DNA of 64,000 bases, from contig NW_021833121.1 of the NCBI RefSeq assembly GCF_006345805.1, positions 1 through 64,000 of the forward strand, in the 5' to 3' direction. This DNA comes from Octopus sinensis (taxonomy: Eukaryota). This document shows, in pieces, positions 36,050 to 47,879 of the stretch; the stretch's first letter is position 1; each line of letters opens with the position of its first letter. The notes beneath the pieces were generated by a model that saw nothing but the letters and a program-made list of their open reading frames with translations, ran no database searches and was not told the origin of the DNA. The position numbers were made by a program, and so were the translations under genes.

Positions 36050-36487
36050 GTGTGATGTGTGTGTGGGTGTGTGTGTGTGTACCATTCTTCCCCATACACT
36101 CGTCTTTATCTCTTTCTTTATCTCTCTATAATATCTACATCTTAACTACTATACCACCATCAATAAACTATTATGCATCATATTTGCACACACTCAAATA
36201 TATTGAATGTGTTTATTCATAATATGGTAGTAATGGTTTTTAAGGAATATCTGCATTTAAGAAAACACACACATCAGAGTTTGTCATAGGTTAACCTACA
36301 TGTCGAAGTGTAACTTCCTTTTCAAAATTCTCCCAATTGACTGGTTTCAAATATGGGGATTTTAATTAAAGTATTTTATTTCTGTAATTGAACTGATTGG
36401 GTGTGGAAACAGCTATAGGCAGGACTTTCTCTACATGAATTTGAATATCTTTGAATAAATAATGTCTGTATGTTAATATATATATAT

Positions 36488-36730
36488 TATCATCATCATC
36501 ATTTAACGTCTGCTTTCTATGCTGGCATGGGTTAGATGATTGACTGGACGGACGGCTGGCAAACCAGATGGCTGCACCAGACTCCAATCTGATCTGGCAG
36601 AGTTTCTAGAGCTGGATGCCCTTCCTAACGCCAACCATTCCGAGAGTGTAGTGGGTGAAAACACTTGCCCAAGCCACCTAGAGAGGGACTGAATATGGAA
36701 CATGTGGTTGGGAAGCAAACTTCTCAACAA
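36488..36730 (-). mobile_element. tRNA-SINE head fused to the RTE 3' tail
   Basis: Minus strand GCTTCCCAACCACATGTTCC..TTCAGTCC..TTGGGCAAGTGT runs directly into CACCCACTACACTCTCGGA..AGGAAGGGCATCCAG..(GAT)n. Confidence 0.65.
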
Positions 36731-37846
36731 CAGTTATTCTTGCACCTAATATGTGTGTGTGTGTCTGTTTACATTTGTAGTTAAATAGAGTATTGTGTCC
36801 CACTATATCTCAAAGTTAGCAGTTCATCAAGCAGAGATCTATAAAATAAATGTCACATTGAAATATGTACTGAGGTCAGTATGATCAATTAATTTTTGAA
36901 GGTGATAACCCATCATAGCGACAGTCAAAAGACTAAACCAAGTAAAATAATGTTTAAAGACTTAATGGCTTCAAATTTAAGGCAATAGATTACTAACGAC
37001 AAGATAATGAGTTCAAAACTTCGCATTGAACTTCCATTCAATACATAATAGAATATGTACATCTCAGTCTACTTGACTTCCAACAATTAACAATTGTAAT
37101 TTGAAGTTGAATGGTTAGCAGTAAGAAAGATGTCCAGATTTCTTTAAAAATTATGGTGCAAAATATTCCAAGAAAAGTATTTTTCACCACAACAAAACAA
37201 CACACACAGTGGGTGTCTGTGATAACTTGAGCTGCTACAAATAGCAGCCAAATCTCTCTTAAAACAACCTTATCAAAAGATTACAGTGTTTCAGGAAGTA
37301 AAAAAGAAAAAAAAATGCGATGGGTCTGCTACATCAGAGGCAACTCTGGACTAAACAAACCACAGATAGACATACTTCACATTAAAAGATTACCTACTCT
37401 AATAATACTAATAAAGTCGATGGTATATCTTCAAAGTTTCATTCCCTTGTATAACTCCATGTATGTTAAACATTTTCTCATTATGTCCTAAGACATAGAT
37501 TGTTCTGGCAGCGTTACCTCCCTTAGCTAAAGACTTCCCAATTGTGCAACCCGACCTTGTTTTCAAGGTTATTTTTGTAGTAAGAAATAGTACTTGTGCA
37601 AAAAACGTACTTTATTTGTAACCGAAAGATTATTGAGTTTTTTGATACCGCACACATCAAAATCATCAACTCAGTTTTCAAATTCATATGGAATATATGC
37701 ACACACACACTCGCACACACAAACTCTGTTTTATATATTAAGATATATATATAATGTACTGTTCCATGATTGAAAGTTCAACAAAAAAGTACTCCATCAG
37801 GTGAGAAATAAATATCATTATTTAAAGAACACAATGCATATATTAA

Positions 37847-37900
37847 GCACAACTAATAGTTTCATATGTTGAGAAATATTCAGACATATTCTTCAGGTGC
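37847..37900 (-). ncRNA. Type I hammerhead ribozyme motif (Penelope-type), sense to the Ig gene
   Basis: GCAC CUGAAGA AUAUG-(16 nt)-CAUAU GAAA CU-AUU-AG UU GUGC: core boxes intact, stem I 4 bp, stem II 5 bp, stem III 3 bp, NUH triplet GUU. Confidence 0.7.
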
Positions 37901-38302
37901 AAACTACATATCATAATGAACCAAAAGGAAATGAATAATAACAGAAACATGAAAAAACTGAAAAGGCAGCATACAGAAAATGCAAAAAGTGGAAAATGAA
38001 AAACAGAAAACACAAAAACTAAAATGTTAAAAATAAGAAGTGGTTGCAAGCATAGATAAAGCGATATTTTGAAGAATTAGAAATTCTGCATATTCCTGAC
38101 TAACTTGATGTTTTTCCAACCTTATCACTGAAGGTCTAAAGAGGATAGCTCTTTCACCTTTTCACTTTTTACATTTCATATTTCTTTAGCTTTTGTGTTT
38201 GCGTTTTTGTATTTTTCATTTTTTTTTCTGTGTTTTCTATTTACAGCCTTCTCAGTTTTTATGTGTTTCTTCGATTATTCAATGTTTTTTAGCATGTGGT
38301 TT

Positions 38303-38355
38303 GTACCTGAAGAGTATGCTTGAGTATTTCTCAACATATGAAATTATTATAGCAC
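38303..38355 (+). ncRNA. Second, more decayed hammerhead motif in the inverted twin repeat
   Basis: GUAC CUGAAGA GUAUG-C-UUGAG-UAUUU-CUCAA-CAUAU GAAA U-UAUU-A UA GCAC: core intact, stems I and III carry mismatches. Confidence 0.5.
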
Positions 38356-38609
38356 TGCAATACATATATGGTGCACTTTAAATAAAAAAAATCTATCTAT
38401 TTATCTACACACACACACACACACACAAACACACAACACACATATGATTATCAAATAGTGTAGCTAGGAACTTGGATATGTTCTTGGTAAATCAGCTGAA
38501 ACATGTGTCAGATATTTTATCTATTTATTAATGTCTATATCTTATGAATTTTATAGATATGAGAATAAATAAATAATTAATATTCCAATTTTCAATTGTT
38601 AACTTTATT

Positions 38610-41119
38610 TATATATATCATCCTCATCGTTTCATGTCTATTTTCCATGCTAGCATGGGTTGGACGGTTCGACTGGGGTCTGGGAAGTTAGGAGGCTGCA
38701 CCAGGCCTGAATCTGATCTGGTAGTGTTTCTACAGCTGGATGCCCTTCCTAACACCAACCACTCTGAGATTGTAGTGGGTGCTTTTTATGTGCCACCGGC
38801 ACAGGGGCTAGAGGAGCTGGTATCGAACATGATCGAATGGTGCTTTTTACATGCCACCAGCACAGAAGCCAGTCAAAGCGGCACTGGCATCGGCAATGTT
38901 TGGATGGTGCTTTTTATGTGATACCGGCACGAGGTACACAACTACAATTTCCATTTGACTTGATTTTGATATTGCTGTTGATGTTGATGTACTTGACTCA
39001 ATAGGTCTCCTCAGGCATGGTGTGTTGCCCTACAATCCAAGATACTTTTGAGTGGGCTGATTATGCGACACTGGTGTAGGTTACAGCTGTGGACTCACTT
39101 TATTTGCCGGGTCTTCTCAGTCACAGCATACCACCAGAGGTCTCAGTCTGTGAGGCCCAACGTTCGATGATCATGCTTCACCACCTCATCCCATGTCTTC
39201 CTGGGTCTCTCTCTACTCTGGATTCCTTCCACTGTTTGGGAGTGGCACTTCACACAGCTATTCTTGTCCATCCATAGTGCATGACCATACCAATGCAAAC
39301 GTCTCTCTTGCATGCACATCCGATGCTTCTTATATCTAACATATCTCTCAGGGTGCTTACACTGTCCTGCGTGCACACTGACATTACACATCCAGTGGAT
39401 CATGCTAGCTTCATTTCTTTCAAGCCTATGTATGTCTTCAGCAGTCACAGCACATGTTTACTGCCATGAAACATGTCATGTTGCACACATGCATCGTACA
39501 ATCTACCTTTCACTCTGAGTGAGAGGCCCTTTGTCACCAGTAGGAGTAGAAGCTTTCTGAACTTTGCCCAGGCTATTCTTATTCTAGTGGTAACATTCTC
39601 TATGCATCCACTCCCCACTACAACTTGATCACCTAGGTAGCAGAAGCTATTAACTACTTCTAATTTCTCCCCTTGGCATGTGAAAGCTATCTTCCTGGTT
39701 AATCTCCCTTTGATTTTGCTACACTCCTTATGTGTCCATAGCTTACACTGGGTACATCTTATGAAGTTTCTACCTACACCTTTTCTACAGATCAAGCAGG
39801 GCCACCTACCAGAGGGGGTGTGTGATGTGGTCGCCTTCCTACATACTAGGATTTTGGTCTTTACAGCTATGAGGGCCAGGTCATTAGCATAGAGGAGTTC
39901 CCAGGGGCAACCTGTCTTGAATTCCTCTGTTATTGCCTGGAGGACTATGATGAATAAGAGGGAGCTGAGGGCTGATCCTTGGTGAGCTCCCACTTCTACC
40001 CAGAATTCTTCATTATACTCATTTCCAATCCTAACCCTACTAACGGCACCTCTGTATAGGGTCTGTACAGCCCTTATTAACTATCTGTCAATCTCCAGTT
40101 TCTACATTGCCCACCAGATAAGGGATTGGGGACCCTGTCAAAGGCTTTCTCCAACTTCACAAAAGCCAAATATATCTTGGCTATGTACTTCTCCTGCAGT
40201 TGCTGTACCAGGAATATAGCATCAGTGGTGCATCTACCCAGAACAAAACCGAACTGCATCTCATTTAACCAGACTCTCTCTCTAATTAGTTGGGCTATGA
40301 CCCTCTCTATGACCTTCATCACCTGATCCTGCAGTTTGATACCCCTGTAGTTATTTCTATCAAAAGCATCACCTTTACCTTTGCAGAAGTTGACTATGGT
40401 GCTGTTGCACCAGTCATTGGGTATGACTCCATCATGAACCACCTGGCTTACAATACGAGTGATGAGGCCATAGTCCACACCACAAGATGTTTTAAGCATC
40501 TCAGCAGTGATTCCTGATTGGCAAGGGGATTTTCCTAGCTTCATATCCTTAATTGCTTTATCTACCAGGATGCTGTCTATTTCGATAGCTGGTCCCTCTA
40601 CTGGATCAACATTTGGCAGGCTCTTCTCTCATTCATTCCCCACATTCAGCAGTCTTCCATAATGGCTTCTCCAAGCCTCTTTCTTTTCTGAATCATTAAA
40701 AGCAAGTGCACCATCATCCATATGGACACATTTCTCTCCTGTGACATCACAATTTTCTCTTACACACTGATTTGCAAACTGAAATACCTCAGTTCTTTGG
40801 TCCTCACATGCCTGGACATGGGAAAACTTCTTTTCTGCTTCTCCCTTGTCTAAGTCTAACTGTCGCCAGCCTCCCTTTTGGCTATCTGCTACCACCACTC
40901 TTCCAGGCTTTCCAAGCTTGTTTCTTTGTTCTCATGCCCTTGTCTACCGTATTATTCCACCACCACAAAACTCTAGGTCTGGAAAGGACTTGCACTGTCT
41001 GCAAACTTGGTCTGAGGCACTCAGTAAGCTGTCCTGTAAGAATTTCCAGCTACCTCCTAAGTCTGAGGACTGTAGATCCGCCTTCATCTCATCAAATTTC
41101 TTGATGAGGATGTCCCTAG
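38610..41119 (-). mobile_element. RTE LINE (dominant family), 5'-truncated and decayed
   Basis: ORFs 40077-40544 and 39445-39993 (GRWPCLICRKGVGRNFIRCTQCKLWTHKEC); thumb; 3' UTR; decayed tail at about 38610. Confidence 0.92.
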
Positions 41120-41693
41120 GTGAGATATATATATGTATATGTAAGTATTATATATCATCATTATCAACATCAAAATTTAACATCTGTCTTCCATGTGTGC
41201 GATGGTTTGACAGGAGCTGGTAAGCCAGAGGACTGCACCAACCTCCATTGTCTGCTTTGGCATGGTTATTGCATCTTGATGACCTACCTAATACACCTTC
41301 TCCTCAACTTATAACCTATGTGACTTATGACAATCTGCACTTATAACCACAAAAAATAAATAAAATACAAAATCAAGTTTTGGACTTTGGGCAGTTGTGC
41401 ATATGATAACCATGGCAGCATCTCTGATAATACAGGTCTCCCTCAAACCCAGGCATCCACTGCCTGTCACTGTCTCTCACTCAGTTGCAGAGATTGAATT
41501 GGAAGCACACAGAGCAGCAGAAGAAAAAGTGAGAAAGAAGACGATGAACCAGAAAAGAAATTCACAGTGAAGTGTTTATTGATTCCTTTTCGCAATTGAA
41601 TAAAACTCTTACCAGTTTCAAAGCAATGGATCCAAATGTTGACCACTTTGCAAAAGTTGAATATATCATTCAACATACTGTGTATTTTTTATC
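41120..41693. repeat. Dispersed duplicate of 7827-8375 (RTE tail, unique linker, Tigger fragment)
   Basis: Shares the non-TE junction CTAGGTGAGATATATATATGTATATGTAAGTATTATATATCATC and is collinear to TTCAA(G/C)ATACT. Confidence 0.92.
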
Positions 41694-42529
41694 ATCCCTC
41701 ATGTTCTGACCATCACTACCCACTCTCTCTCTCTCTCTCTCTGTCTCACTCTGTCTCTCTCTCTCTCTGTCTCACTCTGTCTCTCTCTCTCAGCCTCACT
41801 CTGTCTTTTTCTCTCTCTCTCTTTCGATTACCACTCGCCTTGCCAAGACTTCCTCCACCACCATCCTATATAAACTAGCGCATGCACTCTGACTCCCCTT
41901 CTCGATTTAAATATCTCAGCTGAAAATTACGAATCCTTGATGATGCTCAGATAAGAAGTTTTGTCTTTTCAAACCTGTCATCTACTCTTCTATTTCTGCA
42001 CATATCATAAACCCTTATTAGTTCTTTTCATTATTCCTTCTATTTCAGTACCATGTCATCATGTAATATAGTTTCAATAGTTTCGTCTTCCTTGTTGTTG
42101 CCTTAAGATAACCTTAGTTCACGCATTTCCTTAACTGCAACATATTCTTTCATTCATCTATTAAAGTTTATCACACAGTCACTTATTTCCCTAATTTTGT
42201 CTTAGATTGGCTCTCAGATTCTCCAATTCTTTTTACTATTATCAACATTTGCTGTCTCGTTAAATTTAACTATGCCACACGAATCCTGAAAGAATAATTT
42301 TCTCCCTTGTGTTCTGACCACCTCTCTCTCTTGGCCTCACTCTGTCTGAGTGTCTCTCTCTCTTTTGTTTACCACTCGCCTTACCAAGACTTCCTCCACC
42401 ACCACCACCACCACCACCCTATATAAACTAGTGCACACACTCGGATTCCCCTACTCAATTTTTAATACCCCCGCCGAAAGAATACGTATCCAGAAGATGT
42501 TCTTGTGCAAATTTGCTAGTTTGTGGTAC

Positions 42530-45070
42530 GACCACCCTTCCACCTCCTCCACCTGTACTAGAAGTTCCTATTCTTTGTCATCTTTTGGTTGTCTCCCATG
42601 AACACTTCTAAAGGCTTTACGCCATTCCCACCCCTACTATGATAGTGCAAAAATATGATAGTGTAGTTTATGCAGGTTGAACTTAAGGCTATTGTTTTAT
42701 GAATTCTGCCAATTGCAAGCTCTCTTTTCAGGTACATGACGCTGCTGTCCCCAGTCCCAGGGTCTCAAGGACCCATACGTCCCACACCCTCAGGGTTGGC
42801 ACTCTCAACATCGGCGCACTGAAAGGTAGGTCTGGTGAGATTGTTGAGATACTATGTGCTGCATCCAAGAAGTAAGGTGGAGAGGAGATTCCGCTAGGTT
42901 CCTCACAGGCAAAGAACACAAGTACAATATTTTTCTGGGCAGGGAACACTGACGGAGTCAGGGGCGTGGGTATACTTCTTGTGGAGAAATCGGTGGATAA
43001 GGTAATTGAGGTAGTCAGAGTATGCGACAGAATACTTCAGATTAAATTAGTGCTTCATCATGGGTTAGCAACCATTATCTCGGCCTATGCCCCTCGATGG
43101 ACGGAAAGACTGATTCTATGACACCCTCTTGCAGACTACCTTGTTGATGAATGATAGGGACCTTCTCTGTGGCTGGTGTGACTTCAATGGACATGTTGGA
43201 CAACATACAGGGGGCTTCCATGGCGTACATGATCTTATGGTTTGCAATACTAACCTCAGAAAACCTGCCAGTCACCTAGTCACCTACAGTTCTGGAAGAC
43301 ACACTAGCCAAATTGATAACATCCTCACCAGATAAAGGGAAAGATGGCTGCTTATAAATGTCAAAACCTTCACAGGCAAAGAAGGTACCCCACAACATAG
43401 ACTGGTAGTTAGTGACTTCAGGATCAGGGCTAAGTGGATGTCCAGAAGATGACCGGCATGAAGGTGAAGGGTCTGGCAGCTTAAAGATCCTACAACATTA
43501 CAGAATAAGTGAGAGAAGGAGAGTCTACCTCATGTCGACCCAACACAGATAAGCTATCTGAATCAATAGTAGCCTGGTAGATAAAGAATTTAATGATATG
43601 GAGACAAGGAAAGCCTCTAGCCCATCAGGAATCACTGCCAAGATGTTTAAAACATCTAGTAGAGTGGGGTATGACCTAGTCACCTGTATAGATAATCAGG
43701 TTGTCCACAAGGAAGTCATGCCACCCAAAGACTGGTGTCGTAACATTATAGTCAACTGCTAGAAAGGTAAGGGTGACACCTTAGACAGAAATAATTAGAG
43801 AAGTATTAAATTGCTGGGCCAGGTGATGAATGTTACAAGAAGGGTCATAATTAATCAGGAAAAGAGTTAGCTTAGATGTGATGCAGTTCAGTTTTGTGCC
43901 AGGAAAAAGCCTTACCAATACTATCTTCCTGGAGAGGCAACTTCAGAAATATTTAGCTGAAAATAAACTTTTGTACTTGGCTTTTGTTGACATGGAGAAA
44001 AACTTGGACAGGGTCTCCTGCTCCCTTATCTGGTAGTCAATGTGGAAGCTAAAGATAAATGAGTGGTCGTTGTGAAAGCCATGTACAAGGACACTGATAG
44101 TAAGGTGAGAGTTAGCAAAGAATATAGCAAGGAATTTAGGGTAAAGGTAGGAGTTCGCCAAGGAATGGTACACAACCTCCTCTTGTGTATCATAGTCTTC
44201 TAGACCATAACAAAGAAACTGAAAACTGGCTGCCCTTTGGTGTTCTTCTGCAATGATGATCTTGTTCTTACTGTTGAATCACTACAGAATTAGGGAAGAA
44301 ATTTCAGGTGTGGAAGCAAAGGGCCTTAGAGTTAATTTAGCAATAGCCAAGGTCTTGGTAAATTGGAAAACGCACTAATCCCTTTAGGGCGATAGTCCTA
44401 CTCAATATGAAGGAAAGTTGTTGATAGAAACTCCATATGGGATGCCCAGTGATAGCTATGGACACATAAGAGGTGCAGCAATATTACAGGAAGATTAACA
44501 GAGAAAGTAGTCTTTGTGTGTGGTAAATGTGCGGGTACAGAAAACAGACTCTCTCAAATGTTAGAAGGGTCTGTAGAAGTAATAGATAGTTTCTGTTACC
44601 TAGGAAGCTCTGAAGGCATAGGTGTTAGAATAAGAACAGACTGGGCAATATCCAGAGAGCTGCTACCCTTGTTGGTAAAAAAGAGCTATGCTACATGGCA
44701 GTGAAATATGAGTTATGACTACAGAGAACATGCAAAGACTTGAAAGAAATGAAGTCAGCCTATTCCACCGGATGGGTAATGTTAGGGTGCATATATGACA
44801 GAGTGTAAATGATTTATGAGAAAATCTAGGTATAAAAGTATTGAAGAGAGAAGAATAGTATGGAAGAGAGAAGGCTGCACTGTAATGGATGAGGACAGCT
44901 GCATAAAGAAGTTCTAATCTCTGTCTGTGCAGGAAACCTATAAAAGGGGTAAGACCAGAAAGACAAGGGACAAGCTGGTGAGAAATGATCTACAGAGGTA
45001 GACACTCTTTGAGAAGATAACAAAGGAGCAAGACTTCTAGTGGTTTGTTGTGCTTGAGGAGACACATCAA
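42530..45070 (+). mobile_element. RTE LINE (dominant family), heavily decayed and deleted
   Basis: LRVGTLNIGALKGR, CDFNGHVG, QFSFVPGKSLT and PHD-region remnants; 5' region homologous to 22735-22920. Confidence 0.85.
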
Positions 45071-47041
45071 GCTAAATAACATAATGGTCATCTATATATA
45101 CAGGCATACCTTTTACAACCATACTCAACCTTCACATACACACATAATTCTATCCTCTGACAAAAACCACCCACAATCCACCTCCCTAACAACCCCACCA
45201 TCTGCTGCAGGCCTCTCCAGTTCTTCTCACCATTACTTGTTATACCCTTAAATATCACCCCTCACCATTATTCTCTTTGGATAGGTTCCCTCTCTCTCTC
45301 TCTCTGACTGTCTATATCTTTCTCTCTTCTACTCCCACTTCCCTCCCCTTTATTGTCCTACTGGGTTACCAAGTATCATCTCTGTTGTAAGACAGCTATC
45401 CCAGTCCCAATGTCATACTTCCACTTATCACCTGGCACATGGCCACTTCTCTTCATACCTCTCCTTCTCTCAACTGAGATGGTCTTGTCTTGCAAGCTAC
45501 TTGGCAATGCTATAGATGTTGGTGCCACATGAAAAGCATCTGCGCTAGAACTATGAATAAAGCACCCATGCTGGCACCACATAAAAAAAAACCCATGCTG
45601 AAACCAAATTAAAAGCTCCTAGTACATTTTGTAAAGTGATTGGCATTATGAAGGGCATCCAACTGTAGAAACTATGCCAAAATAGAAGACGGGAGCCTGG
45701 TGTAGCCCTCTGATTTACCAGCTCTTGTTAAACATGGAAAACATATATCAAGTAATGATGGTGATGTTGATAATGATGTAGCAGGTAACAACTTCAGACT
45801 TGGAGAGTTAAAAGGACTTGGAGACACAAACCAATCTGGAAAATATCCAGTTTAAGAGCAATTTCTTCTTGATCATGGAATAGAGTAAATAAATTTTCAT
45901 CCTCATTTCTAAGCAGATGGAATGTTTTCTTTAATGCAAAAAATACCTAAGTAAACCCTACTCTTCACCAGGGTGGGTGAGTGTAAATATAAACCCCTTT
46001 CCCCCATCCTCTGTTATTTCTTTAAAAGTTTTCTCAAAATCTTAAAAGTTGTGATAATGAAAGTTTGTGATTTTCAATTTTTATTATTGTAACACATTTT
46101 TGGAGCTTTTCTATATTCATGCATGCATTCTTTAAATTTTGGAGGTCTGCCATCATATTCCAACCCTTTCAAATTTTGTTTTTTGGTATGGAAATTGCAT
46201 CCATGTGTATGCAGCCTATTAATGCTTTAAGTGCATTTTCTTTTTAGTGATTTGATACTAAGTTATATGCATATTTTTAAGTGCCATGCAATATTTTTAG
46301 GCTAATTAAGAAATCACACACACAAAGTAGCAGATTCACTGACCAGTTTTGGTATTTTCAGAAGGTATTCTAGAAATGCTAATGTCAGCAAAATTTATGA
46401 CATCACAGCAGCCAATTCAATACAAAAACTAAAAGAACTTGTGTTGGCCTTCCATTGTGAAATTTCAAGCTTATATCAAATTCTATCCCACTTTCTCTTT
46501 CCTTATGTGGTTGAATGATTGAAATTTCTTTATTTTCAATATCGATAGGCAAATAACTTCAAACTGCTACCAAACCTAACTTCTCTGTCTTGCTCTATGA
46601 AAATATACATTTATTTCAGATCTTGGATAATGAATATTTCATCTCTCTACTGACTAACAAATTAATTTCAAATTAGATTGGTAAATTTCATGGTGGAATA
46701 TTCTATCATGCAATATCAACTGAATCCATTTCTAATACCCACTCACTACTCACCATCACTTCTGCAAAAGCGACTCAAGCATATGCATAAACGCATTGTT
46801 TATATCTTTTATTACATTTTTTTGACCCATGAGCATGTACACAGAAGTATGGAACATATTTGTAATGAATGTGCATACACTTTAATGAAGGCTTTCCGGC
46901 ACTGAAGGAAATTAAAACTGCAATTGTAACATCATTTTTTACACTAAACACAAGGACCTGCAGCCTCTAGGCATGTGACACCCAAAATTTTTCTATTTCA
47001 TTAACTGAAAGCATTCTTCAAAACTCCTTAGTTCTACAGAG

Positions 47042-47874
47042 ACAGGTCTGATCAATAAGTATCCGGACTGTTGCCATAGTAACAAAGCTACAGCATGCAG
47101 AGTGAAACTGCTAGGCACCTTTAACTCCACTGTGCATGTGCACTAAGTTTTGATGTTCTAGCTCACTTCTACTGTTTACAGTAGTGTTTGGAAGTAATGT
47201 GTGTAGTATATGTTCATCACATCGGCCTGCTCAGAAGCCTATTCAATTTTCAGAGGCCTATGCAAAATTTTAAAGAAGTTTTCATCATTCTCGACACAAA
47301 CAAGGTGATTTTATGCAACTAAAATCTCGGTGTCCTTTTGATTAGCTGAAAGCAGTTTTGGCACAAACTTGGTAGATATGCGTCTCATACCCAAATCTTC
47401 AGTAATAATGGACTGTACTGAACCATAATTAATCTGTACATCTGATAACTCATGGATGGTGATTTGACAATTTCCCCTCACAGCTGCATGCCCATCTGCG
47501 ATGTTTTTCTCAGTTCTGCTGGTTGCAGGTGTCCCAGAACATTCATCATTATCGACATTTTTTGGGCCATCTTGGATATGTCTGAACCACTTGTATACTT
47601 GTGTGCGGATCATACACTCCTCTCCATACACTTTCTGCAGCTTTGCATAGGCTTCTGAGTAGGTATCGCCATGGCATCTTTCTCTGTTATGGTCAATGCG
47701 ACGATCACACATTACTTTGAAGCACTGCTGTAAACAGCAGATGTAAGCTATAATGTTAAAACTTAGTGTAAATGCACAACAGAGGCCAAGGTCTGTCTGT
47801 GCCAAGCACTTCACTCTGCATGCTTTAGCTTTGTTACTATGGCAAAAGTCGGGATACTTATTGATCAGACCTCA
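47042..47874 (-). mobile_element. mariner element with TIRs of about 90 bp, internally deleted (HTH DNA-binding part only)
   Basis: TIRs AGGTCTGATCAATAAGTATCCGGACT.. and ..GGGATACTTATTGATCAGACCT followed by TA; ORF 47311-47814 (LQKVYGEECM.RTQVYKWF..GP..DDE.SGTP..ITEDLGMRRISTKFVPKLL). Confidence 0.9.
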
Positions 47875-47879
47875 TATGT

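Noticed and set aside
37500-37720. Possible LINE-like coding fragment on the minus strand
   Set aside because: Multiple stops and no recognisable motif; left unannotated.
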